Shown here one piece after another: positions 1-11,455 of a stretch of DNA of 64,000 nucleotides. Positions within the stretch are counted from its first letter, which is position 1. Every line of letters begins with the position of its first letter. The notes beneath the pieces are model-generated. The model made no database searches, was not told the DNA's origin, and saw only the letters and a program-made list of their open reading frames with translations. Position numbers and translations under genes: made by a program. Where the stretch lies: assembly GCA_048013815.1 (NCBI GenBank), contig CM106585.1, positions 2,046,001 to 2,110,000 on the forward strand. Direction: 5' to 3'. Source of the stretch: Setoptus koraiensis. Taxonomy: Eukaryota > Animalia > Arthropoda.

Positions 1-2
1 TC

Positions 3-569
3 ATAACAAGATCTTCACTCTTGGATGACCCTACCAATTGCTTCAATCCTTCTAGTGACTTAGATAACTTCATACCACCTGCACCTGTAGTAGTTCATTG
101 CGATAAAGTAAGTACATTTTGTCCACTATACCTACTAACTAAAATTTTCTGAAAATTGTTTGCTCCGGTTAGTCTAGCAGTGTTATTAATATCCACTCTT
201 TTTAATATATTTCTGCTACAAAATCCTTATTTACAGGGTAACCGATCAAGCGTCGTAGTTGTGCTCACATTCTTGATGCGTCAGATTATACGGGAGCAGC
301 GCGTCGATCTAGTACAGACTTGTCGGCTAGTCAGATCTCAGAGAATGGGATTGATCAATGCACCATCTCAATACGACTTGATATATAGGTGCTTGTTAGA
401 GTATGTAAATCAACAAGGAAGTATTAGTATACAGCCAATTGATGAATATCAATTGGAAAACGCCAACGGCCAGCAACAAGCAGAGTCCGAATCACAGTAT
501 CAGACGCAAATACTAGCCAACGGGTCTTGTTCACATGTTACTTCTATGTTACCGATTGTTATGGCCTGA
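3..569 (+). CDS. 3' end of a protein-tyrosine-phosphatase-fold protein, probably a pseudophosphatase; model join(<3..107,237..569)
   Basis: Open frame ...PPAPVVVHCDK ends at a GTAAGT donor (108). It splices in phase 0 to the TTACAG acceptor (236) and continues GNRSSVVVVLTFLMRQIIREQRVDLVQTCRLVRSQRMGLINAPSQYDLIY. This matches the PTP C-terminal pattern PVVVHC...(D)...V..+R.QR..+I..QY. The 5' part lies outside the window. Confidence 0.85.
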
Positions 570-940
570 ACCGTTATTTCTTACTCAAATGTTAAAGGTC
601 TATTATTGTTAAAATGTGGATGAAGGATGTAATAAATACTCGTGATTGCCTGCTTATGAATGAAGTCTTTAACTTTCTTCCCAAATCACCACATTTAATA
701 TAGTGAGGATAGGTTACTCATGCTGCAGCCAAATGTAGGAGGGTTCAATGTCAAGTAACAATGAATAGCTCACAAACACAAAGACTTTGAGTCTATTCAG
801 AATCTAGGCACTCGGAAAACTACTTCCTAATCGAGTAGTGACCTGAGGTGTTTCGCATGATAACACATTTAAATGCATCCACTATTTCAATTGCGAACTA
901 TAATTGATTTAGTCAAGTAGACTAAGAACTATTGTGATGA

Positions 941-1090
941 TTGGCAGTTCGTCAAGATTTTGAAGTTGGACAAAAGATGATTACAAGAATGATGAGCATT
1001 AGGATAATGATTATGCATGATAATGTACAAGTAAAGATATCTCCAACTAGTACGAGAAAAAATGCTTCTTACAGATTACAATGCTCACTT
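941..1090 (+). mobile_element. Possible decayed Ty3/gypsy integrase C-terminal fragment
   Basis: RQDFEVGQKM...KNASYRLQ resembles the R..F.VG.KV ... YRL pattern of the gypsy integrase C-terminus. The match is by eye only; the central GPY motif and the rest of pol are not visible. Confidence 0.25.
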
Positions 1091-1332
1091 TGTGAGGCTT
1101 GCATCAGTGCTCTTCCCTTCGAAGCAGGTCGCACCTATCACCGGTCATAATTGTTGTTGGCAGTTCGAAGCCAGTTGATAGCCCTCACTGACGGAAACTA
1201 TCACAAAGTGAATAAGAAAAAGAAAAAGGGAGAGACAGAGATTGCCTTTCATTGATTGTTGACATATGGTGATAGTGACTGGGATGATGGGTGTAGTTTT
1301 AAGAACAAGTCAAAACTGTACTTGCTGCACTG

Positions 1333-1437
1333 TATGTGGTATACCTGTTGATTTGCATTCAGCACATTAGTAGAGAAGTAAAGATACTGGTGATGGCAGA
1401 GAAAATAGTGAGGTGCAAATCAAATCGCACACATGAA
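1333..1437 (+). repeat. Dispersed repeat A, copy 1 (partner at 3862-4009)
   Basis: TATGTGGTATACCTGTTGATTTGCATTCAGCACATTAGTAGAGAAGTAAAG...GCAGAGAAAATAGTGAGGTGCAAATCAAATCGCACACATGAA aligns directly with 3862-4009. Confidence 0.9.
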
Positions 1438-2354
1438 TCAAGTTTCATTTAAACAGAGAAAAAAGGAAACCAATGGAAACCAATGGAAACAACAAGGTTA
1501 CATAACTGCTTATAACTTCAACTCAACTAGTCAAAGGAAGGAGAATATATAATGTTGGAGACAGTTAACGACTCAAATCCTACTTGACTTTCACAATTTA
1601 CGGTGCCAAACCACACACACTGTTATACTAGCATCATATAAAACGGTTCATACGAGTCCAACTAATATGTATAATATATCAGGTAGACTGGTGGAAAGAC
1701 ATGATATTCTTGAAACACAAGTAAATCTATTGAGTTAAAGATAATTCCAGGTGTTAAGAATGTACCATGTTTCATTTTTCAGACAGAAGCAATCTCCCTT
1801 TCTTATCTATGCAACGGTCCACCTATCTCACTTTCTCACTTAATGTAGCTGGGTGTATATATCTGCAGTAGACAAAATCAATATGCTACTGGTCCGGGTA
1901 ACTATGTGGAAACAACTACTTTAACTGAAAGAAACTTGATTCGATAAACGAATGTATATACCGTTAAGAACAAGTCTCTCTAACTGGCCTTAGGAAATCA
2001 TCAGATCAAAGTGATTACTTGTATAACTGTTTATTGCCTGTTACATAAGCTGTATGCTTTATAATTTAAAACAAACACTAAAACATGCTTGAGCTAAAAC
2101 TCACAAGTTGTCAGTTGACGACAAGATTATGGGCGTAAATTATGTGATACAACAATACAGTAGTTGACAAGAAAGTGTGCAAATAGGATCTGAAGCTGGA
2201 GAGAAATTCCTTCAATTTGGTTTGTTCTTCTTCCCTCAATTTCACTCACTTTGTTTAGTTTTTTCGACAGTGTGTCGATTGTTTATTTTGTATATGATAG
2301 TCAATGAGAGTTTATAAATTCCTCAAAGTTAGTGCATTTAAACAAATTTTCAAC

Positions 2355-3516
2355 ATGTTCAATTCAGGTGAGAATCACAGAGTTTACTCGACAGATCAAA
2401 TGAAGAAGATATCCATTGTCAAAACTAGTGATTAATACTTTTTGTATGAACATTAATAATTTATCCCTTCTTGTGATGACAAAAATCAACATAATCAACA
2501 AACCAAATTGAAGAGTTTCGAGTTAGATTCATCACTATACCCCTAATTGTTGTGCTTCTTGTCATAGTATCCGCATCATTAAGTGATGCTCAAGCGCAAC
2601 GTCCGAGTAGACAGAGAGGAACCTCTCAACGAGCAAAAAATAGAGGAAAATCTGATCAATGTCATGGCAAAGAAATCGATAAGTGTTATGAAACAATCCA
2701 AGCTTATGGCAAAGCGGATAAGCCAGCTGAAATAATCAAAACAAAAGAGGGTCTTGATAGCCTATGCAGGTAAGTAGATTTATATTTTGTATCGCTAGTA
2801 TAGTTCATGAGTTGCCAGTTAGCCTTACTAATATGAACTGTCAACTTTCAAAATAAGTTCCTTCAATGGTGTTGCCGAATGTCAAAAGACGTACATAAAA
2901 AAATGCGCCACCCCATTGCAAAAGGAACTATTCGATTTCTTCCTAGATTCTATTACGAAGACCATTGAGGAATTTTGTAATAATCCTGAGAACAAACAAA
3001 GTAAGTTTGACAATTCGGTGGTTCTCGCCTATCTACTGGCCAATTTTACAGGATTAGTACGATTAACATAAAACATATTCCCTGTATATAGAATTTCTCA
3101 ATTACTCACCTTGTTTGGTAGATAGAGTGTTTGAAACTAACGATTATAGAACACAATGCGTGGACAAGTTTCTTGCCTCAGTCGATTATTTAAACAGCAC
3201 CTCTAGACTTACTCAAGACGATAGATACGATACGGCCTGTTGTGGATTCACTCAATGGCAGAGATGTTCCAAAGATCGCGTGACAACTGCTTGTGGCAAA
3301 GATGCTTATGATGCATTTGAAACATATATTTTGAACACATTTGGTGGATTCAACGGTCAAATATGCCCAGAGGATGTGTTTAGTCTTTCTTCGAACACTT
3401 GTAAAAAAGCTCTTCCACCTGCATCGTTCAAATCTAAAGGAAAACTAAGCGATAATCCAATAACACAGTACATCTCTATCTATTTTGGCTTCTTATTCGG
3501 CAAGGCAGCAAACTGA
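2355..3516 (+). CDS. Secreted cysteine-rich protein of unknown function; model join(2355..2367,~2514..2769,2858..3000,3092..3516)
   Basis: First exon ATG TTC AAT TCA G|GTGAGA (the acceptor for exon 2 is uncertain). Hydrophobic signal (ITIPLIVVLLVIVSASLSDA). Phase-compatible GT-AG introns 2770-2857 and 3001-3091 give a continuous frame with regularly spaced Cys (CHGKEIDKC, LC, ECQKTYIKKC, EFC, SPC, QC, ACC, QRC, TAC, QIC, NTC). Confidence 0.8.
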
Positions 3517-3861
3517 TTGATTTCGTGGATAGATCAGTTATTGAAAAGATAATAAAATAATTTCACTGTAAATATGACCTTGGTAAGGTTTCTTTTGTGT
3601 GTCAAAACAATTGTGTCAACTCGGGGTGACCGTCTCGTCATTCAACATTTACTTTTCCCGACCATTTCTATTCTCTCTGGAAGCGGATCAGCTCTCAACA
3701 TCGAAGCATATTCGGCTCTGGCCAGAACAAATCCATCCTTCCGCGTTGAATCCTTTACTAGGTGCATACAAGCAAACGTCTTTCTCTCGAATATTATCTC
3801 AAAAATATCTTGGATTTTATTGCAAATTGTTGGATATGGCTTTTGAGTGGTCCGACTTACA

Positions 3862-4009
3862 TATGTGGCATACCTGTTGATTTGCATCCAGTATATTAGT
3901 AGAGAAGTAAAGGAACCTTGATGTGAGCTGTTCATTACAACCCTATCTATCATGAATACTGATGATAGCAGAGAAAATAGTGAGGTGCGAATCAACTCGG
4001 ACACATGAA
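3862..4009 (+). repeat. Dispersed repeat A, copy 2 (about 45 bp longer than copy 1)
   Basis: Same orientation as 1333-1437, with an extra internal block (GAACCTTGATGTGAGC...TATCATGA). Confidence 0.9.
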
Positions 4010-4467
4010 ACTACTTGCAAACAACTTGTGTTAATTCAGCTCAAATTGATGCGACTATCAAGATGGTAGGTTGCTGTCGTTCATTTTTCGGACTCATATT
4101 ACAGTTTAATTGATATTGCACCCAACCCGGACAGAAGGAGGGAACTTTCACTTCTAGTTTTGAGCATAGTTGAGTAATTCATTATGCGTAAATTCATGCA
4201 CATAAACATAGACATATAAACAACGAAATGGAGCTTGATAATCGAGGAATAAAAGAATTCAGAAAAATAAAAGTTATTAAATGATCCATCTAATGCCGGC
4301 TATAGCTATTAGTGTTTTGTCAGATATTGAAATGAGATTCCCTCAGTCGATGTGTCGGTAGATTATGCACGACGAGCGTTGAGCTTTAAGTCATTTACAG
4401 ACAGTATTATCGCGATCGGGCAGGTTATCAGTTGGTCCGCTTTTTCTTTGTGGGCCATCAAATCTCT

Positions 4468-4468
<1 letters not shown>

Positions 4469-4519
<51 letters not shown>

Positions 4520-4539
4520 GGGAGAGAGAGAGAGAGAGA
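4469..4539. repeat. (AG)n microsatellite
   Basis: About 70 bp of AG dinucleotide with two interruptions. Confidence 0.97.
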
Positions 4540-6397
4540 ATCTACCTAAATGTTCGTGAGACGTGAGTGTGCGTCTGACTAGTTGTGGCAGTTATGACGT
4601 AAAAGTTGAATCACAGTTAAGCGAAGTGAATGTAGTGATGTAGTTGCATTTTGTTGCTGTCCGTACAACTTGGGCTCAGTAAATGAGCTAGAACGAAAGA
4701 AATAACAGGCCAGCACGCTATGGCTATCTCGCTGTTGTTGTCGTTGCAGCCAGACTTGAGAGTTTATTTTTAATTACATTGTGGAGCTTGGAAAAAAGAA
4801 GTTAAAGCTGTCCAATACTAACGCTATAACTTCGGCGACGATACGAGACTGCACCCGCTTTCAACGTTAAGGATAGTACTACTCTCTGGCTAGCTAGCCA
4901 GATAAGGCTCATGCCAGCTATGACACATACCTTCCAGTAGTCATTGTTGTCATCGTCGATATTTTGAGAGATTCTTCTTGTGCAACGACAGTCTTGACTT
5001 GTGCTTATACAGAACAACTACTATTACTATTAAAGATGACGGCGGCATCGACGCCGATGAAGACAGCAACGAAATAAATCCAACTCTGGAAGAAGAATCA
5101 CTGAGTAAGTGTAGCAAGAGAGGGATAGTAGTTGATCTGCAACACGAAGAAGAGAGCATGGCAAAAGAGAGGATAACTTTAGCGAAGCACACAAGTTGGA
5201 AAGAGAGAGAGAAAGAAAAAATCGTTGCCAATGTTAGGTAGCAGCACCAGGTAGACAATGTTGGAAGAGAGCGAAAGAGTCTCGAAGTTTGATGTTGCTG
5301 TAAAGATTTTGCTAAAAACGCTGTGCCTGTAAGTCCGTTGTCCTTGATTATCCACATCGGTTTATATATATATATATATATATAAACAATAATATGAAGT
5401 ATCTCACGAAAAGAGAGCGATAGCAACATTTCACTGTTAATCATCATTTGAGGATAAAAAATACACACATAGAGAAACACACCGTCATAAGTATTAGTGG
5501 ATAGTCAGACAACTAGCGGCGCTTAGTTGATATTTATTATCATTTCTATCTCTAGTTAGTACAGATAATCTGTCTCTAACAAGTTGTTGTAATTGTATAA
5601 CTTCTTGTGTATATGATATAACCCATATGATATAACCCATATGATACAGGCAAGCAAAAGTTGTTAACAAAAAAGCCCGCTGAACAGTTTTTCTGTTCCA
5701 CTTTTTCATTCTGTGTCTCAGTCAGCACATATAGCGAGTGAGATCATATTGTGTTCTTCTGAGCTACAACAATTATACGTTGCATAATTTGTTGCTGCTG
5801 GAAGTTGTTGCATAACAATATATCATATAAGATAATAATTTGAATAATAATCATTCGTCAATAACCGACAGACGTTGTCCTACACAAACCGACAGCAAAA
5901 ACACCAAGACAGACCATCTTGTATTGCAATAACACACAAGTTGAGTAGCTCAAACAAATAAACTAAAAGCTGCCCACTGTACAAGCATTACACTATTCAT
6001 CCAACTGTACAAGTGAAAATATTCACACCCTGTGCCGCACAGTCACTCTCTGTTCTGAGGCACAGAATATGTATAGTCCAATTGTGTGTGGAGAAATAAA
6101 ATAGCAAGCCAAAACAACATCCACTACAAAATTAAAATAGCAAGCCAATTCAATATTTACTACAAAATTAAAATACACAACGAAAAAAAAATGCAGTGTC
6201 TCACCAGCGACTTTAGATAATAATAGTTACTAATTATTATTATTATATATCATATAAATTATTACATTCAGACAGGGATATAGCATAGGCCAGAATATTT
6301 CTTGTTGGTGGCCAGTTCATCAGTCATTGGACAGAGGTTTTGTTGAAAATAAAATCGATAACCCCAACATCAAACAAACGGCTCAACCGACTATTAC

Positions 6398-7081
6398 ATG
6401 TATATATCAGTCGAGCTTAAAGAAAAGAAGAAACTCTCTCTCCCTCTATTCCACATGGATATGCCTATGCAAATATACACAAACTCATCGAATCACCACT
6501 CCGATGAACATGTGAATAGCCCAACAAATAGTTATCAGACTTATGACAACGACGGCCTCATCATTCCCAAGCGAGTGATCTGTCCCTCTGGTGTTCAGCC
6601 CATAATAAAGGACCTCCATCGAGAGCTCAAATTTAACCAGACTATGGGCAGGAGTGTTCTGGACCAGAAGTCAGAATTGAAGAAGGCTCTCGAAAAGAGA
6701 GAGGACAACAGAAAGAAAAAACAGCTCGAACAGGACAGACTCAATAGGCGAACCAGTCTAGAATTGAGATTAGAAGAAAGAGCAGAAAGACTCGCTAGGG
6801 AAACTGGCAGCTCTCCGACAAACGATGAATTTATCTCTAGGCCCAAAACTAGCGGCGACATTGCACCCTCATCCAGTCCAGAGATTGGACAGCAATCATC
6901 CAAATCACCCCGCAATGAGTTCCTCGAGATACATGCCAAATTATGCCAGCATGCCAGCGATATCAATCAAAGAGTGACAGAAAGGAGCAAATCAGTCAAA
7001 CAGGATGAGCCTCATATCGCAACGCAAAAACCGTCTAGTTTCAACGGCACATTAACAAAGAATGGATATACTTGGTTATAG
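6398..7081 (+). CDS. FAM107: FAM107 (DUF1151) family coiled-coil protein; the start may be ATG 6455 or an upstream exon
   Basis: GLIIPKRVICP...IKDLHRELKFNQTMGRSVLDQKSELKKALEKR...RTSLELRLEERAERL matches the FAM107 pattern LI.PK+..NP...DLHREL..N.K.G.....K.EL..VL..R. Confidence 0.75.
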   Translation: MYISVELKEKKKLSLPLFHMDMPMQIYTNSSNHHSDEHVNSPTNSYQTYDNDGLIIPKRVICPSGVQPIIKDLHRELKFNQTMGRSVLDQKSELKKALEKREDNRKKKQLEQDRLNRRTSLELRLEERAERLARETGSSPTNDEFISRPKTSGDIAPSSSPEIGQQSSKSPRNEFLEIHAKLCQHASDINQRVTERSKSVKQDEPHIATQKPSSFNGTLTKNGYTWL

Positions 7082-7699
7082 TGTAAACGAAAGTTGAGGG
7101 GTCAAGTGCTAACTATCCTAAAAATAATTGCCAATAATTGATGGTAATTCTCGCCAAAAAGAATTTCATATTCTTCTTCTAGGCCAAACTATGTTCATAT
7201 TGGAGTCAAGTCGGAACAAAGAGCCAAAATGTGCATGGCTACCTGAGTATATGTAAATATCATCATCAACTTATGATTACAACACTACAAAGAATTGACG
7301 ACCTAGTGATAATTCGGGATACATATCGCAAGTCGACGCGTGACAGATTAGAATAAATAACAATTTAATCTTGAATACCTTACCTGAATACATATGTGTG
7401 TTGAAATCTAGATATCTATAGTACATTTCGTTTGTTTGTGTATAACCCAATGATAGGCCTCTTCTTGTGACACCTGTTTTATGATTATTTGCAAGTGCTT
7501 GCGACAAATAATCACGAGGAATTCTTTTTTGACAAGAGGTAAACTCTTTTCCGCTTACATTCGAATACAATGAACCATGGACAAGAAAGTGCCAACAAGA
7601 AATCTACGTTTTTCTTGGCTTTTGAAATAATGAAATGACAAAATTCATTTCATCTTTCAGGATGACTTGTCGACCGATGCTGGATCGGAAATTGCATGA

Positions 7700-8575
7700 A
7701 ATTTCGTTCTCAGGAAATCATTTTTTCTTGTCATCGTTATCGTTTCCATTTTCGCCAAAAGACTGTAGAGACAGTTGGCATGAATTCCGCTTCACATTCT
7801 CGACAATGAACACTCACCCAGCGAGACTCAGCTATCGGCAAATTGACCCATGTTTCGAAGAATGCTTCGCATGATGATCACGAACATGAGATTGAAAATT
7901 ACCGAGGGCGGCAAGTTTTCGCGAAGCATCCAAAAATTGTCTCACTAACTGCAACACATCCTTCACAAAATTTTGCCAAGTCAAGGAGGTGGTTTTATTT
8001 TGAGTGAAGTGGCGCCATGTAGTGAGTCCTGTTCGGATTGTTATCTGTTCAAGGTGCGAGTGAGGAAAAGAGATGGCGCATCAGTAGACAGTCGAATCCT
8101 AGTCTAATCTTGCTGAAATTATCTGATAACACCGTACTACTAGCTCGACATCACTATTGTTAATTCTTGAGCAAGAAAATATCCATTTTGTTCATGATTG
8201 AGCGAGTTGAAAATTCGGGAGTTGAAAATTTCGGGAAAAAAATGATATTTTTCGGACGATCGCACATGAGCAATTGATATCAAGTATCCTTGAACCGGCC
8301 CAAGGACTAAGGTGGTTGCACTAGTCAGGTGCAAAAACGTTTGACTAAATATATTAATCATGACTCATGGATACTCTGCCCTACTCATGACAATCAGATT
8401 TCGCACAGTATATTGAGCGTTGGATATCGTAAAAGCAATTCCCTCAGCCCATAGATTGGATTATTGAATGATCGGTAATGTTTCAATTGTACAATGGAGC
8501 AATGCAGTTGTCGAAAAGTATATGTAGAAGGAATCGGTTATGGCCGATGAAAATCACAAATGCGCCGTTCGGTAA
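7700..8575 (+). pseudogene. Possible heavily decayed papain-family (cathepsin L-like) pseudogene
   Basis: Motif remnants occur in the expected order across several frames with stops: hydrophobic FLVIVIVSIFA; SWHEFRFTF; GA...SC*; AIDIKYP*TG; KVVALV; HSILSVGY (8404) followed by DWIIE*S (8454); MADENHKCAV. Matched by eye only. Confidence 0.35.
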
Positions 8576-9041
8576 CAAAATCAGCATAGTAACTTGGAAG
8601 ATGTTACAAAAAGTTATCTTAGAAGATGGAAGATAAATCACAGTTGCCATATTGAAATTATGTGTGCTGCAGATACACAAATGGCACCATCTTACACTGC
8701 TTATCCTGATTGAATGAACTTTTTTCCTACTTAACTCTTTCTAATCAACATACAGATGGAAGTGTAGTTCCTCTCATGCTATGCCGACTAACGAGGGAAA
8801 TAATCAAGCAAGCAAATATTTAGCCACAGAGCGAATAGAATTGGCTTGATTGTCATCAAACTACGAATAATCAATAATTCATCAGTGTATAAATATAACG
8901 AGATGCAATTATCTTTGAGACCATGTCGTAATGAGAATTGAGCACTTAATGACCTTTTTGTAGTCATTGACTCCTCGATAATCGATGCTCTTAGATAAGA
9001 GACGCGATATGCAGCAATTTCACAATGCTAGTATCATCAAC

Positions 9042-9185
9042 TTGCGCATAAATGCAAACAAGTGTAAAATGGAATGGTCTACTTTTATCGGACTCTGCGA
9101 CAATTTTCTGGGGCAGAGGATCTGCTGAATTGACTGCGCCTTGTAGCCCCGGATGAAAATTCCGTCTCCGTTATCAATAATGGAC
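9042..9185 (+). mobile_element. Possible decayed gypsy-type reverse transcriptase fragment
   Basis: LRINANKC...FLGQRI, then (frameshifted) PDENSVSVI, resembles L.+N..KC...FLGH.+...PD..KV..I downstream of the YxDD box. No YxDD is visible. Confidence 0.25.
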
Positions 9186-10417
9186 ATCATTTGATTATGA
9201 ATCAGTTTGCTCGAACGAAAATATGAGGACGAGCGCCAGTAGTTTTGTTGCATGTTGCTTACGAGCGCAGCCTAAACATTCTAATGGTTTTTTTTTGTCT
9301 GTTGACGGTAACATTTTTTTCTATCATCAATAATGATCTATTCCATCACCAAAGAACGATTTGATCATTTGGAGATGATTGTATTGTATTGTAACTTTAG
9401 GGGATGAGGAACGAGACAAAATATTGTCAGCAACTCAGATGATATTATATTTAGTCAACTTGAACCGAACTTGAAGTATAAACTAGAGTTCACGTTGAAT
9501 TTGTTGTCTCAACGAGAGTGTGTAGTCATTTCGAGTGATGGCAATTCGTTTTTTTTTTTGTCTCATTTGGTGATATACTCAATGTATTTCCCCTGGCATC
9601 TAACAAGTTTGCTTCGCTGGCAACTTCCGAATAACAAGATAAAGGGTGAAAGTTGCCATACTAATCACACTCATAATAGCAATCAGTACACTCACACTTA
9701 ATGTAGCATGCCAAGATATCATATTTATCATTACATAAACTGTTCGTTTGCAAAATCTCTCGCTCTCTTTTTTCAGGACATTATCATGAAAAGTTTGTTG
9801 AAAATATTACCATGATAATGTTATCGTTTCTCCAGCCATGTACAATCGACGCTCACTTAACTTGGATGAACCTTGGATGAGTATCATACTAAATCTATCC
9901 ATTTCTGTTTGCCTGCTAGCATTTCTGGGAGTAGAATTCTAGGGATTGATAGTTGAAGCTATCTGTAGATTACCTGATTGGGTTTTATATCTCGGAATAC
10001 AATCGTTTCATCAGCGTATTTTTCATTTTCGTACACTTCCTGAGCGCTCAATTCAAAGAACGGACATTTCGTAGAACGAGTACTTCATGGTCGTACATTT
10101 CATACACATTTAATCTAATGTTAGAGATGCCTCTATTCTTCAATATGAGAAAAGATGTTTATTTTTAGGTCTTCTCGTTAGTTTCGCTAATAATCATCAT
10201 ATCATGGAAGATGTATTGAAGCAATGACGACATAAAGCGTCGCAATCCACAAGTTTCGAAGGATTCGATGCTAACTTCGGAAAAAATATCGTTAGAATCG
10301 TGAAAACGAATCTAAGACAACAATGATTAAGATGCCACACTGAAGAAGGTCTGGTTGGAGGCAGCTTTTGCAAGTTACCAAAGATATCACTAAAGATCGA
10401 ATGAATAGTCAAGATAT

Positions 10418-10607
10418 GATGCAGTCTGCTTCAACTATGCAACAACTATGATTCGACCATCATCAACATCGGTGATAAACACTGTTTCCTACTCGGGATA
10501 CACCGCCTCAAGCTCTTTATGTGAAAGCTCCGGCTATTTTAGCTCGTCTTTTAACAAAGGATCTCTTAATAATAACAATCTAGACAGCGCGCGAGTGACG
10601 TCTGCCT
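10418..10607 (+). repeat. Dispersed repeat B, copy 1 (partner at 37529-37734)
   Basis: Shares GATGCAGTCTGCTTCAACTATG, GATAAACACTG.TTCC.ACTCG, TTTTAGCTCGT and CGAGT.ACGTCTGCCT, in the same order, with 37529-37734. Confidence 0.85.
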
Positions 10608-11228
10608 AAGCCATTTTAAGCCATCTTGCTAGCATCCTCGAGATTTTCCGAATAAATCGTATAATGTCCGCCACTCATTTTGAATAGATTCGTGTCGGTC
10701 TATGTCCCTGCTTCAACTACTATATTCTCTTAGATTTTATCATTATCGTCCTAATTGACTTAATTAGTCATCAGAACTTATTACTTGGGATGTATTTGTT
10801 AAACGCAAGATTGCCAATCCGGCCAACTCATCACCTAAACAGCAAAGCAGTAATTTATCAGCAAGTGATTTTCAGATGCAGATAGTGCTAGTAGATATAA
10901 AAACACTTGCAATATGAAAGTTTAATGCTAGACAATTTGATTTTGCTGTCTGAGTGCGGTTCGGTTGTCAACTGCAGGCTTCAGTTGAAAACTATGAGCT
11001 TGATTGGTTCGACTGAACACTGTTTTTCGTAATCGTATCTACCGAATTCTCACCTATCTATTAAAAAATGTCAGTTTTCATGATTTCTACCGATTTCTAG
11101 CAAGAATGACTACTGATTCTGTTGGCACTTACAATAAGCATCGTGTGGCTCTCCTAGTTCGTTGAGATGTATGTTTCATCATGAGTCCTCTAACAAGGTA
11201 AAATATACTTCTGTTATGTCATATAAAG

Positions 11229-11455
11229 TGAGGTGTACGTTGATGAAACGAGCCAGACCCCTAATTCTCGATGTGCCCTCAATGTCAACGTGTGTAAGGG
11301 TTCGCGCAAGGTTAGCTGCAACTTGCGAATAGACTCGTGGTCTTTTTTGCTCAAGGTCATGATTGGCTTGATAAGATCAATGTCTTGTATGCAAATATAA
11401 ACGAAGAGCGCAACTGTTATCGTATTATTCTTCTTATCGACCATTCACCCTATCG
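11229..11455 (+). mobile_element. Possible decayed DDE (pogo/Tc1-type) transposase fragment
   Basis: EVYVDET, then in another frame HDWLDKINV...RIILLIDHSPY, resemble the first (DET) and second (LL.+D...H) acidic motifs. The spacing is shorter than normal. Confidence 0.25.

Noticed and set aside
4802-5709. Short ORFs on both strands (4950-5480 minus, 4978-5241 plus)
   Set aside because: No recognisable motif or splice-consistent model. May be UTR or an upstream exon of the FAM107 gene but cannot be supported.
9908-10003. Minus-strand IVFRDIKPNQV ... LLPEMLAGK resembling kinase HRD and APE motifs
   Set aside because: No DFG, the spacing is about half of normal, and there is an intervening stop; compatible with chance. 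A frameshift-aware Pkinase search would settle it.
11351-11359. TCAAGGTCA (FTZ-F1-type site) upstream of the chitinase, plus scattered TTACGTAA words
   Set aside because: Isolated 8-9-mers are expected by chance in 64 kb; no clustering or conservation evidence.
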